Origin: Octopus vulgaris
Taxonomy: Eukaryota
Assembly (NCBI GenBank): GCA_951406725.2
Contig: OX597834.1
Coordinates: 41,974,001-42,038,000 of the forward strand
Length of the DNA: 64,000 nucleotides
Direction: 5' to 3'
Each line of letters begins with the position of its first letter. The first letter of the stretch is position 1. The notes under the pieces were generated by a model. It saw only the letters and a list, made by a program, of their open reading frames with translations. It did no database searches and was not told the DNA's origin. Position numbers and translations under genes: made by a program. Of the stretch, positions 1-13,613 are shown piece after piece.

Positions 1-940
1 CCCGTGGCTATAGAAGAAAACACTTGCCCAGGATGCTATGCAGTGGTACTGGGCCTCAAACCATGGGATTTCAAAGCAAGCATCTTACCACACAGTTACA
101 CCTGTACCTATGATTTCTTCTCTTTTTTTTTGAGACTGAATTTCTTTTATTTTAAACCAAAAATAGCTTCACCTCATTACCCCATTAATGGCATCTAGAA
201 CCAGGTGTCACTACAACCTATTAACTCTTTTGATGTTTAAAAGATTCTGTTATGGTGTTGGTGGGGTGGGGGGGAAGAGGCTGAAATTTGATATTGTTGT
301 GATGAGTGGTCAGTCTACATCTATCCATCACTACAGGTTTATAGCTTTAAGTTTATAGTGTATATGTGCGTGCATATACACACACATACATACATACATA
401 CATACATACACACAGGCGTACGTACGTACATAGATACATACATACATGCATGCATGCATACATGCGTGTATGCATACATACACACATACATACATACATA
501 TATATAACGAACTAACTGTTACTTTCTCAGATGCAGCACGGATTTTCTGTCAGTGAACAGGTCGCGGTCTTAAAGCGACGAAAATATTTTGACAAATTAA
601 ACTTAAATGTTGAAGTGAATCGAACGGCTTTTGTGTGTTTCTTAAATGGCTTACAAACACCTTCCACGCTGCAATTGTTATATTTTTATAGTTGTATTAT
701 TAGGATTTGTATTTAAAAAAATTATTAAATTATTTTGTGCATTGGAGAGGTATACCTAATTTATTGCACATAAATTTTAACAACACAAACCTCATACAGG
801 CTTCCAAGGGTCATATAGAGCCCCTTTGATAACCACTGGGTTAGAACCATACTATCTTCTCTTTCCCTCAGCACAGGAATAGGGACAAGTGAATAATAGA
901 TGTTCAGGGGTCAATGGTTAAAGTGGAGTAAACCAGGTAT

Positions 941-1421
941 AAATAATAATAATAATAATAATAATAATGAAATTATTGTATACAGTGTTCAGGTGCACCA
1001 CACCTTGTCAGAAAGTGCGTATAGAGTATATGCAGTAATGTACAAATGTCTGGAAAGCGAACAATGCATGAGTCAGATACATGCTTGTGTGTGTATGGAG
1101 GTGAGAAAATCAGGCGTGGTGTTAGCGAATCTCAGAAAGCATGGAAGTTTTGAAGGATGCAGTGCTCCGACAACTAACAACTGATGCCGGCAGTTTGTTC
1201 CATGCTTCAGCAACTCTCAGCGTGAAAAAATGTTTCCTGAAGTCATAGAAGGAGCTGTGCTGTTTTCTGACTTTGTAAATATGTCCACGGGTGTTAGACA
1301 GGTGGAGTTTGAAAAGGTGCTCAGAGTTATTGTTTGTACGATAGTTGATAATTTTATGGGTGTCTGCCAAGTCAGCTGCCAGGCGTCGGAGTTTCAATGT
1401 GTCCATGCCCTTTGAAAACAT
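941..1421 (-). mobile_element. 5'-truncated CR1-group LINE: ORF2 C-terminus, 3' UTR and (ATT)n tail
   Basis: ORF 1122-1421(-) reads LRRLAADLADTHKII...TRGHIYKV...FRKHFFTLRVAEAWNKLPASVV...FK, the typical CR1 RT C-terminal motifs. It ends in an (AAT)n tract at ~941-970. Confidence 0.85.
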
Positions 1422-2113
1422 GGACAGTGTTACCTTAATATATATGTAGTGGGACTATTCTGTAATCGATCACTATATCTGATGTCACAGTTTGCTAGAA
1501 TAATACCAACATAATGAACAAAACCTGACCAGTCATGACTTTGTCTGTAACTGGCTCCACCAACAATTCCATCTTTTCACTCCTTTCTCTTTAAGCCTAT
1601 CTAGCAATAGAAATTCAGTAAACCTTAGCTACTTGATAGACTCCATTGGAGATGGCCAACAAGAATATGGACAGCAAATGTAATAAACAACCAGTGACAG
1701 TGAAGTAACACAATGACCAGCAGCTAAATTTTTGACCGCTGCTACGATTATATAACCAGAGCAATACCATTCAAACTCTCTCGAAGTTTTGTCATTTATA
1801 GCATCAATTATCAACATCATTTGTTATTTGTTTACGAGAAGAACGAAAATTTTGTTTATCAAAAATCTCAACAGATTTCATCATCTTCTCAATTTAAAAT
1901 GAGGGTGTAAAATTGACTATCAATTTGATTAATATCAATTTAAAACCAGTGGTCTAGCATATAAAAAAATCTGAAGGTTCAGAAAATTATATTACATACA
2001 TATAAGAGGGATGACAACCCTTATGCTAGAAATAGATCCATAGCGGATCTACTTCTAGCATAAGGGTTGTCCACATTGTAGTCATCACTCTTATATGTAT
2101 GCATATATGTATG

Positions 2114-2202
<89 letters not shown>

Positions 2203-2224
2203 GATATATATATATATATATATG

Positions 2225-2319
<95 letters not shown>

Positions 2320-2338
2320 CATATATATATATATACAC

Positions 2339-2379
<41 letters not shown>

Positions 2380-2861
2380 TAGAAAGATAGATAAATTTCC
2401 AAATTAGGTTGGTAGGGATATATAATAGCAGGTGCTGTATTCACTTTTACCAGTTAATAATGCTGGCTAACCTCTGTGAGTGTGTGTGTGTGTGTGCGTG
2501 TGTTTGTGCATGTCTTTGTGTCTGTGTTTGTCCCCACCACCACCGCCACTTGACAACCGGTGTCGGTTTGTTTACATCCCTATAACTTAGTGGTTCGGTG
2601 AAAAGCGACTGGTAGAATAAGTACCAGGCTTACAAAAGAAGGACAAAAAAAAAAAAGAAAGAAAACAGAAATGGTGTCAATTCATTCCACGTGAAGTTCT
2701 TCGAGGTGATGCCCCAGTATGGTCACAGATCAATGATTAAAGACAAAGCTAGAACAAAGATAAAAGATAAGCAGATCAATATTAAAAGATAAATCTAGAA
2801 CAATGCGACCATGATGGTTAACTTAATCACAGGCACATGACTGCTTTCAAGGCAAGGTACG

Positions 2862-3170
2862 TGGAGGCACATGGCCTAGTGGTTAGAGCAGCGGACTCAC
2901 GGTCGAGGGATCTCGGGTTCGAATCTCAGACTGGACGATGTGTGTGTGTTTATGAGCGAAACACCTAAGCTCCACGCGGCTCCAGCAGAAGGTAATGGCG
3001 AAACTTCTGCTGACTCTTTCACCACAACTTTCTCTCACTCTTTCCTCCTGCATCTCGCAGCTCACCTGCGACGGACCGGCGTACCGTCCAGGTGGGGAAC
3101 CTATATGCCAAGAAACCGGGAAACCGGCCCTTATGAGCTGGGCATGACTTGAGAAGGAACAAACAATAAC
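2862..3170 (+). mobile_element. tRNA-derived SINE, family C (head tggaggcacatggcctagtggttagagcagcggactc)
   Basis: A box tggcctagtgg and B box ggttcgaatct. Near-identical copy at 7956-8250 and a partial copy at ~28610-28770. Confidence 0.85.
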
Positions 3171-3679
3171 AAGGCAAGGTACCTACAGGGTGGCCCAGAA
3201 GCCACTAAGGATATCCAATTCTTAATAACTCCCTTATTTTTACAAATAGGTGTATGAAATTTTAATTCAATACAGAGGAGATAATGGAGATTAATTTGCA
3301 TTTGTCCTTTTTGCATCATATCTCTGCATTACATATGAAAAAAATGACATCTTTTAAATGGCATCCATTTTCAGCTTCACAATTTATGGGGTGCAGTTCT
3401 CTTTGGTGTTGTGCTTTTGTTTTCTCAAAGCCCCAAAACCAGCAATTTTGTTGAGGAACTCATTCAAATGAAAGTGAGCTTCATCAGACGTGATCAATTT
3501 TTGCGTAACATTTGGATTATTTCGTGCCAATTCCTGGATTCTTATAGCCTGTATTGGAGCCTGTGTTCATAGTCCTGGTGCTTCAACTGTGCTTACCCAA
3601 TATTTTAAAATTCCCAAACATGATCAATATATACATATAAAAGGGTTTTTTGTTATCACATTTTATGCACATTTTTATA

Positions 3680-3829
3680 GGCACAGGTGTGGTTGTGTGG
3701 TAAAAAGCTTGCTTCCCAACCACATGGTTCTGGGTTCAGTCCCACTGCATATGCAAGTGTCTTCTGCCATAGCCTCAGACTGACCAAAGCCTTGTGAATG
3801 GATTTGGTAGATGGAAACTGAAAGAAGCC

Positions 3830-3879
<50 letters not shown>

Positions 3880-4080
3880 GTTTGTGTGTGTCTGTGTTTG
3901 TCCCCATCACTTGGCAACTAATGTTGGTATGTTTATGTCCCTGTAACATAGCAGTTCAGCAAAAGATGCTGATGGAATAAGTACTAGGCTTACAAAGAAT
4001 AAGTCCTGGGGTCGGTCTCTTTGACTAAAAAAAACCCCTTTAAGGCAGTGCTCCAACATGGCCATAGTCACAATGATTGC
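3680..4080 (+). mobile_element. tRNA-derived SINE, family A (the dominant SINE of the window)
   Basis: tRNA-like head (gtggttgtgtggtaa...ggttcagtcccactg), internal (TA)n/(TG)n tract and the conserved 3' body shared with many other copies in the window. Confidence 0.8.
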
Positions 4081-4689
4081 AACATTATTAAATGAATGTA
4101 AATAAATAAAATGATTTTTCCAAACCACGTAATTTGCTGATCACATTTTTAATCCATCTCCTAAGTTAATACAAGCACATTATCCTCATGTACCTTTTAT
4201 CGGAGCCCACTCTGTCTGAAACATTTGGGTTAGGTGTCTAGTCTGGGATTAACATAATCCTTTTCTCTTATCAGTTATGGAAGTAATAAAACATGTCAAG
4301 GGCAACGTCCTTCTTCCTCAAACTAAGCAATTATCATAAAATATAATCTCTCTGGGTTTGATAAAAATTTGAACTAGAAATTGACCAGGAGGGTGTTGAC
4401 TGATAAACTGAAATTCTTTCCTTGAAATATCTCTGACCTTATGACACATTTTAGCTATCATTTATTTGTTTAGTGAATGGCAAGGAGTTGGTATCGAATG
4501 AACTTTATATTCGTTTGTTGAATAAATGGTTTTTAATCATGTTGGGGGTATGCCTCTTACATATGTTCTTTGGTCAATGACGTCGACAACCAACCTTCGG
4601 ACTTGCTTTAGTTTGGCACCCATTTTTGTTTCTGATTTCATAATTGTCAGACGGATAGGTAACAAAATGTAAAATGGGTACAGATTAAT

Positions 4690-5031
4690 CACACATACAC
4701 ACACAGAGCATAATCACACACACACACACAGTATAATCATACACACACACAGCATAATCACACACATACACAGCATAATCACACACACACACACACACAT
4801 AATCACACACACACACACACACACACAATCACACACACACACACACACACACATACACACACACACACACATACACACGCACACACAGGCACGCACACAC
4901 GCACACACACACACACGCACGCACACATACACACACATACAGCTCCTTTTGCCAAACTGTTAAGTTACAGGGACGCAAACTCACCAACACCGGTTGTCAA
5001 GTGGTGGTGGGGCGGGGAACAAACGCAGATA

Positions 5032-5068
<37 letters not shown>

Positions 5069-5175
5069 ATACACACGCATACACATACATACACACACAT
5101 ACACAAACACACACACATACACATACACACACATACATACACAGACACACACACACACACACAGATACACACACA
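4690..5175. repeat. (CA)n-type microsatellite tracts flanking a duplicated SINE fragment
   Basis: Imperfect CA repeats. The segment cagctccttttgccaaactg...aaacgcagatacaaacac occurs at ~4940-5040 and again at ~5297-5400. Confidence 0.9.
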
Positions 5176-5466
5176 CCGCTTTTATCTTTTGCTTCTTTCA
5201 GTAATTTGACTGCAGCGATGCTGGGGTATGACCCTGAATTTCTCGTCAGTCAATCGAATCCCAGCACTTGGTTTTTAAGCCTGGTAGCCATTCTATCAGC
5301 TCCTTTTGCCAAACTGTTAAGTTACAGGGACGCAAACTCACCAACACCGGTTGTCAAGTGGTGGTGGGGCGGGGAACAAACGCAGATACAAACACACACA
5401 CACACACACACACACTACACACACTAGTGTCATTATAAAAGGGAGGGGGGGTTCATCTGTTTGTTT

Positions 5467-6920
5467 TTTATTTCTTTATTGCCCACAAGGGACCACACAC
5501 ACACAAAGGGATTAAGTCGATTACATCGACCCCAGTGCGTAACTGGTACTTATTTAATCGACCCCGAAAAGGATGAAAGGCAAAGTTGACCTCGGCGGAA
5601 TTTTATTTCTTTATTGCCCGCAAGGGGCTACACACACTGGGGACAAACAAGGACACACAGAAAGAGATTAGAGTCGATTACGTCGCCCCCCAGTGCGTAA
5701 CTGGTCCTAATTTAATCGACCCCGAAAGGATGAAAAGCAATAAGAGAGACCTCGGCGAGAATTTTATTTCTTTATTGCCCACAAGGGGCTACACACAGAG
5801 GGGACAAACAAGGACACGCAAAGGGATTAAGTCGATTACATCGACCCCAGTGCGTAACTGGTCCTAATTTAATCGACCCCGAAAAGAATGAAAGGCAAAG
5901 TTGACCTCGGCGGAATTTTATTTCTTTATTGCCCACAAGGGTGCCACACACAACAGAAGGGACAAACAAGGACACACAAAGGGATTAAGTCGTTTACATC
6001 GACCCCAGTGCGTAACTGGTCCTAATTTAATCGACCCCGAAAGGATGAAAGGCAAAGTTGACCTCGGCGGAATTTTATTTCTTTATTGCCCACAAGGGGC
6101 TACACACAGAGGGGACAAACAAGGACACGCAAAGGGATTAAGTCGATTACATCGACTCCAGTGCATAACTGGTCCTAATTTAATTGACCCCGAAAGGATG
6201 AAAGGCAAAGTTGACCTCGGCGGAATTTTATTTCTTTATTGCCCACAAGGGGCCACACACAACAGAAGGGACAAACAAGGACACACAAAGGGATTAAGTC
6301 GTTTACATCGACCCCAGTGCGTAACTGGTCCTAATTTAATCGACCCCGAAAGGATGAAAGGCAAAGTTGACCTCGGCGGAATTTTATTTCTTTATTGCCC
6401 ACAAGGGGCTACACACAGAGGGGACAAACAAGGACACGCAAAGGGATTAAGTCGATTACATCGACTCCAGTGCATAACTGGTCCTAATTTAATTGACCCC
6501 GAAAGGATGAAAGGCAAAGTTGACCTCGGCGGAATTTTATTTCTTTATTGCCCACAAGGGGCTACACACAGAGGGGACAAACAAGGACACGCAAAGGGAT
6601 TAAGTCAATTACATCGACCCCAGTGCATAACTGGTCCTAATTTAATTGACCCCGAAAGGATGAAAGGCAAAGTTGACCTCGGCGGAATTTTATTTCTTTA
6701 TTGCCCACAAGGGGCTACACACAGAGGGGACAAACAAGGACACACAAAAGGATTAAGTCGATTACATTGACCCCAGTGCGTAACTGGTACTTATTTAATC
6801 GACCCTGAAAGGATGAAGGGAAAAGTTGACCTTGGCGGAATTTGAACTCAGAATGTAGCGGCAGACGAAATACTGCTAAGCATTTCACCCGGTGTGCTAA
6901 CATTTCTGCCAGCTCGCTAC
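5467..6920 (-). repeat. Tandem array (9 units, mostly 153-157 bp) of the 3' half of SINE family B, capped by one complete SINE
   Basis: Unit marker gcccacaagg (gcccgcaagg in unit 2) at ~5480, 5617, 5777, 5931, 6088, 6241, 6397, 6550 and 6703. The SINE head lies at ~6841-6920. Confidence 0.92.
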
Positions 6921-7149
6921 CTTTATATGTTTCTATCACATGGAGTACTCTAGTTTTCCTGAGTTATATTGAGTGCATATACAAGTGCACATCCAGTAGG
7001 TATCTCACATTAAAAAAAAAAAGAAAAATCAGATCCACTCCTTATTGCATTTGCTTGATTTTTTAATTGCTCTGAATTAATCAGAGCCTTCTAACCCACT
7101 GTACCACACGTAAGAGATCCTACTTTAAACCTTTAGCATTCAAATTATT

Positions 7150-7344
7150 CTGTGTGGTAAATAGCTTGCTTATGAACCACATGGTTCCAGGTTCATTCCC
7201 ATTGCAAGTGTCTTCTGCATAGGCCGACCAAAGCCTTGTGAGTGGATTTGGTAGACGGAAACTGAAAGAAGCCCGTTGTATATATATATATATATATATC
7301 TATATGTGTGTGTGTGTATGTATATATATATATATGTGTGTGTG

Positions 7345-7387
<43 letters not shown>

Positions 7388-7630
7388 GTGTGTGTGTATA
7401 TGTTTGTGTGTCTGTGTTTGTCCCCACCAACATTGCTTGACAACCAGTGGTGGTGTGTTTACGTCCCTGTAATTTAGCAGTTCAGCAAAAGAGACCGATA
7501 GAATAAGTACTGGGCTTACAAAAAGAATAAGTGCTGGGGTCGATTTGCTCAACTAAAGGCAGTGCTCCAGTATGGCCGCAGTCAAATTATTAGAAAAAAG
7601 TAAAAGATAGTAAAAGAGAGAGAGTAAGAG
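7150..7630 (+). mobile_element. SINE family A copy
   Basis: Same head, internal microsatellite and 3' body as the other family A copies. Confidence 0.8.
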
Positions 7631-7955
7631 TATAGTTTCCAATTAATCAAACATTATTTTGCAGCTTTGAGATTTCAGTGATGTGGTTGTATATCTTTAG
7701 AATGGTAAGAGGCCAGATTTGGTCAGTTTGGATCCGGTCTGATTTGGATTAAGTTCTACAGTGGTTTCTAATGCCAACCACTTTGCAGTGTGTGCTGGGT
7801 GCTTTTAAAGAACCACTGGCGTGAGTGCTTTTATGTGGTGCTGACATGTGAATGCATGTATCAGCATGGCTAGTAATCTCTGGGAACATCTACAGGATGA
7901 AACAGCCATTGCAGCCACATTGTAACAACAATAACAGAACCTGCTCTTTGTGTAG

Positions 7956-8250
7956 TGGAGGCACATGGCCTAGTGGTTAGAGCAGCGGACTCACAGTCGA
8001 GGGATCGCGAGTTCGAATCTCAGACCGGGCGATGTGTGTGTTTATGAGCAAAACATCTAAGATCCATGCGGCTCCGGCAGAAGGTAATGGTGAAATTTCT
8101 GCTGACTCTTTCGCCACAACTTTCTCTCACTGCATCTTGCAGCTCACCTGCAATGGACCGGCGTCCCATCCAGGTGGGCAACCTATATGCCAAGGAAACC
8201 GGGAAACTGGCCCTTATGAGCCAGGCATGGCTCAAAAAGGAACAAACAAC
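7956..8250 (+). mobile_element. SINE family C copy
   Basis: Near-identical to 2862-3170. Confidence 0.85.
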
Positions 8251-8434
8251 GTCCATCTGATGGGGTGGGGGGTCTACATAGTTTTTGTTATTTTTACTCA
8301 CAACATTTGGGTTGGTATATAGTAAAAAAAAAACTTGCCTAAGACAGCAATCCGTACAGTTGAATGTTCAGCCTCATGAATAGAAAGCAAACTCCTAAAC
8401 TAATCCTCCATCCTGGCTTTACTTAGACTTATCG

Positions 8435-9754
8435 ACACATGCACACACGCACACGTACACACACACACACACACATACACACACACACATACACACACAC
8501 ACATACACACACATTCAGTCTATGTCTCTCTCTTACAGTTATATACATTAGTGCATACACATGCATACATGCATGCACACACAAATGTACACACACATAC
8601 ACACATATGCATACAGGCATACCCATACACAAGTACGCAATACAGTTTGTTTCTCTCTTACACACACACGCACACACAATCTGTATCTCTCTGACACTTG
8701 CACACACACACATGCATGCACACACACACATGCACACATATACACACATGCACATACACATGCACACACATACATAGTGTTTGTGTTCTTCTCTTACACA
8801 CACACACTCACATGCACACACACATGCACACGTATACACAAATGCACATACACGCATACATACAGTGTCTGTGTTCTCTTGCACACACACACACACACAC
8901 TCACACAGTCTGTCTCTCTCTGAGACTTGCTCAGACACACACGCACACACACGGATGCACACACATGCACTCACACATACACATACACTTGCACACACAT
9001 ACATTCATACATGCAATGTCTGTGTTCTTCTCTTACACACACACATGCACACACGCACACAGTGTCTATGTTGTTTTTTTTTACACACATGCACATACAC
9101 ACAGACACACACACATATTCATGCACACTCTCACACACACAGTCAGTTTCTCTCTTACACTTGCACAAACAAACATGCATACGCACGCACAGTGTCTGTT
9201 CTTCCCTTACAAACACACACACAAACACACACACACACACACACACACATGCACGCACAAACATATACATACACAGTCTCTCTCATGCACAGTGATTGAC
9301 ACCTCTCTAACTCTCACCTTCTCCCTCTGATTCTCGCTCTCTCTCTCTCTCTCACTTGTTTTCAAACCCCACCACCACTACCCCGCCCCCACCCCCACCA
9401 CCACCACCACATCCACCACCACCACCACTGCACACCCACTTCCACATCCCCATCACATGATTACCATTACTATAATATTATGTAACCAACTAACACCAAT
9501 CAAGAATTGACTGATACAATTTATGCTGCTGATTAAAACACACACACACACACACACACACACCCACACACACACACTCACACACACATGCACACACACA
9601 CACTCACATGCACCCACACACACACTCACACACATGCACACACACACTCACACACACACACACACTCACACACACATGCACACACTCACACGTACATGCA
9701 CATATGCACACACAAACTCACACACACTCACACACACACACTCACACACACATG

Positions 9755-9786
<32 letters not shown>

Positions 9787-9790
9787 CATT
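8435..9790. repeat. Long degenerate (CA)n / cryptic minisatellite region
   Basis: CA-rich tracts punctuated by the recurrent motif gtgtctgtgttcttctcttacacac. Confidence 0.85.
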
Positions 9791-10138
9791 TTGTTTCTCA
9801 GTAGGGTCATTACTCTCAAGTTCACATCAGGGACCTTGCAAACCAATTACAAAACTCGTGTGTGTGTGTGTGCGTTAATAAATCAAAGCAAAGAGGTTAA
9901 CCTCTATGTGGTTGTGCAGTCTGCTAGAAATAAGAGCCAACTATCTCTTAAATCACACCTGACTACACAGGAAACATAAAGGGCACTATGGATAATATAG
10001 TATTCCTAGATGTCCCTGAAACAATAAAGGTGATCAAAGTGGAATGCTTTGGACATAAATGTCCCTTATTTGGACATTTATACATAAATGTCCCTTCATA
10101 CATACATACATGTGTATAGATGTACATACATAGTCATG

Positions 10139-10169
<31 letters not shown>

Positions 10170-10364
10170 ATGTAGATATTCTTTTATTCTTTTACTTGTT
10201 TCAGTCATTTGACTGCGGCCATGCTGGAGCACTGCCTTTAGTCGAACAAATTGACACCAGGACTTATTCTTTGTAAGCCTAGTACTTATTCTATTGGTCT
10301 CTTTTGCCGACCTGTTATGTTACAGAGATATAAACACACCAACATTGGTTGTCAAGCGATGGCA

Positions 10365-10789
10365 TAATACGCACCCCTTCTCTAACTTGAGTGAAAGAGG
10401 TCTATATAACGTCCTTGGTTTGTAAAAATGTATGTGGTAACGTCCTTTATTATTATTGTATATATAGCATAATGCAAACGAGTAGCTTTTTTGTGCATTT
10501 TGTTTGCAGAAAATAAAGAAATAACAGTAATAACATTTATTAAATGTTGCTTACTGCAAGTTATGGATGATTCTTTTATGACTTCATTGCTTTCAGGTTT
10601 AGCTTAGGGTATTTTCGCGCCCGACATCACAAAATGCGTCTGAATAAACATTGCCGGACAGCAAATAGAGACTCGGACATTGCTTAGGAAATATTTTTCA
10701 TTTTTAACCTCGTATATAGTGCGCAGTAGGGATTTTCACCTTTAAATTTTGGGGAAAAAATGCGGATTATACTCGAAGTTTTACGGTAA
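10365..10789. mobile_element. pogo/Tigger-like non-autonomous DNA transposon fragment
   Basis: Ends in tgcggattatactcgaagttttacggTA, the reverse complement of a TA-CCGTAAAA type terminal repeat. The left end is missing. Confidence 0.5.
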
Positions 10790-11219
10790 TAAAGGGATTT
10801 TTGTTGAAATTCCTAGCAAGTGATTTACTATGTGGGGCCATTTACCATGTGTATCAAGCATGAGTTAGTGAAGGAGAGAGGCTAAATACGAATTGGAAAG
10901 GTTTACACTCTAAGTTGAACCTGAATGCACTTTTGCACGTAGCAAAGTTGTAAGCAGTTGGAAAGTAGCCAGGTGTTTATCTCATCAACGTGTGTTCTCT
11001 CTCAATGATAAACTGCAATAAGGGAGAAAAGTACACGAAACAGCATGCCATTCATCATCACATGTTGTGTGCAGACAACACATGCAGGCTACATGTGCAA
11101 CAAAGAAATACACCACTCATGTAGCAAAAACAAACTTATCGAAAATGAAATATCATCTGGATATGCAAGGAATATGGCCTTTTTTTTTGTTTCTCTGCAG
11201 CATGTTTGAACTTCCATAG

Positions 11220-11369
11220 AGTGGCTGTGTGGTAAGTAGCTTGCTTACCAACCACATGGTTCTGGGTTCAGTCCCACTGCATGGCACCTTGGGCAAGTGT
11301 CTTCTTCTACAGCCTCAGGCCGACCAAAGCCTTGTGAATGGATTTGGTAGACGGAAACTGAAATAAGCC

Positions 11370-11417
<48 letters not shown>

Positions 11418-11631
11418 GTGTGTATATGTTTGTATGTCTGTGTTTGTCCCCCCAACATAGCTTGACAACCGATGGTGGTGTGTTTACGTCCCTGTAACTT
11501 AGTGGTTCGGCAAAAGAGACTGATAGAATAAGTACTAGGCTTACAAGGAATAAGTCCTGAGGTCGATTTGCTCGACTAAAGGTTGTGCTCCAGCATGGCC
11601 GCAGTCAAATGACTGAAACAAGTAAAAGAGT
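11220..11631 (+). mobile_element. SINE family A, near full length
   Basis: Runs from gagtggctgtgtggtaagtagcttgcttaccaacc to gactgaaacaagtaaaagag. Confidence 0.85.
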
Positions 11632-12190
11632 ATATAAGACAAGTTTCTTTCAGTTTCCTTCTACCAAATACATTAACAAACCTTTGGTCAGCTCAGGGCT
11701 GTAGTTGAAGACACTTGCCCAAGCAAGGTACCATGTAGTGGGACTGAATCCAGAACCATGTGGTTGACAAGCAAACTTCATACCATGCAACCATGCCTAA
11801 ACAACTTATTGCACATAAGATTTTCGGCAACAAATCCTTTAAGGGCCATGGGTGAGAACCATTGTAAACGTAACTATGATGATGATGATGATGATGATGA
11901 TCACAACGATATGACTGCCAATTCTACAGAGATAAACAGGTATACAGCACAAGCTAGCAAAGTGCCTCTACGTGGTCGTCTGAATTCTTAGAAATAGCTG
12001 CTGTATCTCCCTCAAATCACACTGTATCGCCTTCTTGAAAAACAAAGTGAAGAACTTTTTGGATTATGTGGTCCTGGACTGCTTGTACATGGGTAAAAGA
12101 CAGGATGGTCATTGATGGAATGCCTTAGATCGTTAGTGCTGACCTGGGGCTAAACAATAACAGGGAGCTATTTAATTAAAACTGGTAACA

Positions 12191-12472
12191 GTGGTGGTGG
12201 TGGTGGTGGTGGTTGTGGTGTTGGTGGTGGTGGTGGTGGTGATGGTGGTGGTGGTGGTGGTGGTGGTGGTGGTGGTGATGATGGTGGTGGTGATGGTGAT
12301 GATGGCGGTGGTGGTGGTGGTGGTGATGGTGGTGGTGGTGGTGGTGGTGGTGGTGGTGGTGATGGTGGTGGTGGTGGTGGTGGTGGTGGTAGTGGTGGTG
12401 GTGATGGTGGTGGTGGTGGTGGTGGTGGTGATGGTGGTGGTGGTGGTGGTGACGGTGGTGGTGGTGGTGGTG
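12191..12472. repeat. (GGT)n microsatellite with GAT interruptions
   Basis: About 280 bp of ggt triplets. It produces the poly-Pro, poly-His, poly-Thr and poly-Val ORFs in the track. Confidence 0.95.
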
Positions 12473-13579
12473 TTTGTGAGGGTGGGTTGCAAACCATACA
12501 GATAGGCAGACAGGCATGCAACTCGTCAGACAGTGTTGATAGTCGCAGCAGAGTAAGCCAAGAAATGAAATAAGCAGACAGAAAGATCCCCCCCCACCCC
12601 GGCCTCCACCTCCCCCTCCCCCTCCTCTCTCTCTCCCTCCCTCTCTCTCTCTTTCTCTCTTTCCACAAGTGCATGTGTCTGTGTGTAATATATGTGTGTG
12701 TTTGTGTTCGTGCGTGTGACAGATAGATAAATAGATAGATAGACTGTGAGACAATCCATTCGGAGAGGAGTGTTGAGGAGGATGAGATGAGGAGGCGAGT
12801 AGACGAGTAGTTTACTTCGCTAACACCTGACCTGGTTTTCTTATTAAAACCCATCATAAGATCAGCTGTTTCCTTCCTGTTGAAATGTTATATTTAATCT
12901 CTGCTCCTGTCACCGCTACTCTTACTCTCTCTCTCTCTGTCTTTCAGTCATCTGTGTGTGTGTCTGTGTGAACGTGTGTTTTCCATAAGAGTGCACCAGA
13001 AAGACCGACAGACAGACAGACAGACAGACAACAAAGCCAGCCAACCAGTTACTGGGTTCATGTCCAGTCACAAGAAAACCCGTTATGTTCTTCACGTGTT
13101 CCAGTTTGTTTTAGCCATATTGTGAGGCCATTCCAGGACACTGACTTTGGTGCAGTGTAGGACACAAAACTTTCAAAATGTTTAATCCGTCAAATACACT
13201 ATTAAGTCGTTGTTATTTGGTCCCATTTCTGCCTTGACTGGACAGACTTATGACCAAAGACATTCCAGTTAATAACCATCAGAACTTCTTTCCGGGCATT
13301 GTGTATCTAGGACTACATTACTCAAAGTTCTTTACCCTTTATAATCTATTGATGAAATGTATCCTCTAATATAAGGCACTCAGAAAATTATATAGACATT
13401 GCTTAATTAAGTCATACATACATACATACATACATACATACATACATACATACATACACATACATACATACATACATACATAATCATCATCATTTAACGT
13501 CTGTTTTCTCATGCTGGCATGGGTTGGACTGTTTGATAGGAGCTGACATGCATACATATATACATGCATACACACACAT

Positions 13580-13613
<34 letters not shown>

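Noticed and set aside
1629-1820. 63 aa ORF in non-repetitive DNA
   Set aside because: No recognisable motif or flanking splice signals.
2021-2444. YI/IY, HT and CV repeat ORFs here and throughout the window
   Set aside because: They are translations of (TA)n and (CA)n microsatellites.
5901-6770. 289 aa repetitive ORF
   Set aside because: It is the antisense reading of the SINE-derived tandem array, has a TTG start, and is open only because unit lengths are multiples of three.
5467-6920. CRISPR-like regular repeat array
   Set aside because: The units are wholly repeated with no unique spacers, and the context is eukaryotic.
12168-12857. 229 aa proline-rich ORF (extensin/formin-like) and overlapping poly-His, poly-Thr and poly-Val ORFs
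   Set aside because: All come from the (GGT)n microsatellite and neighbouring simple repeats. There is no domain content or splice support.
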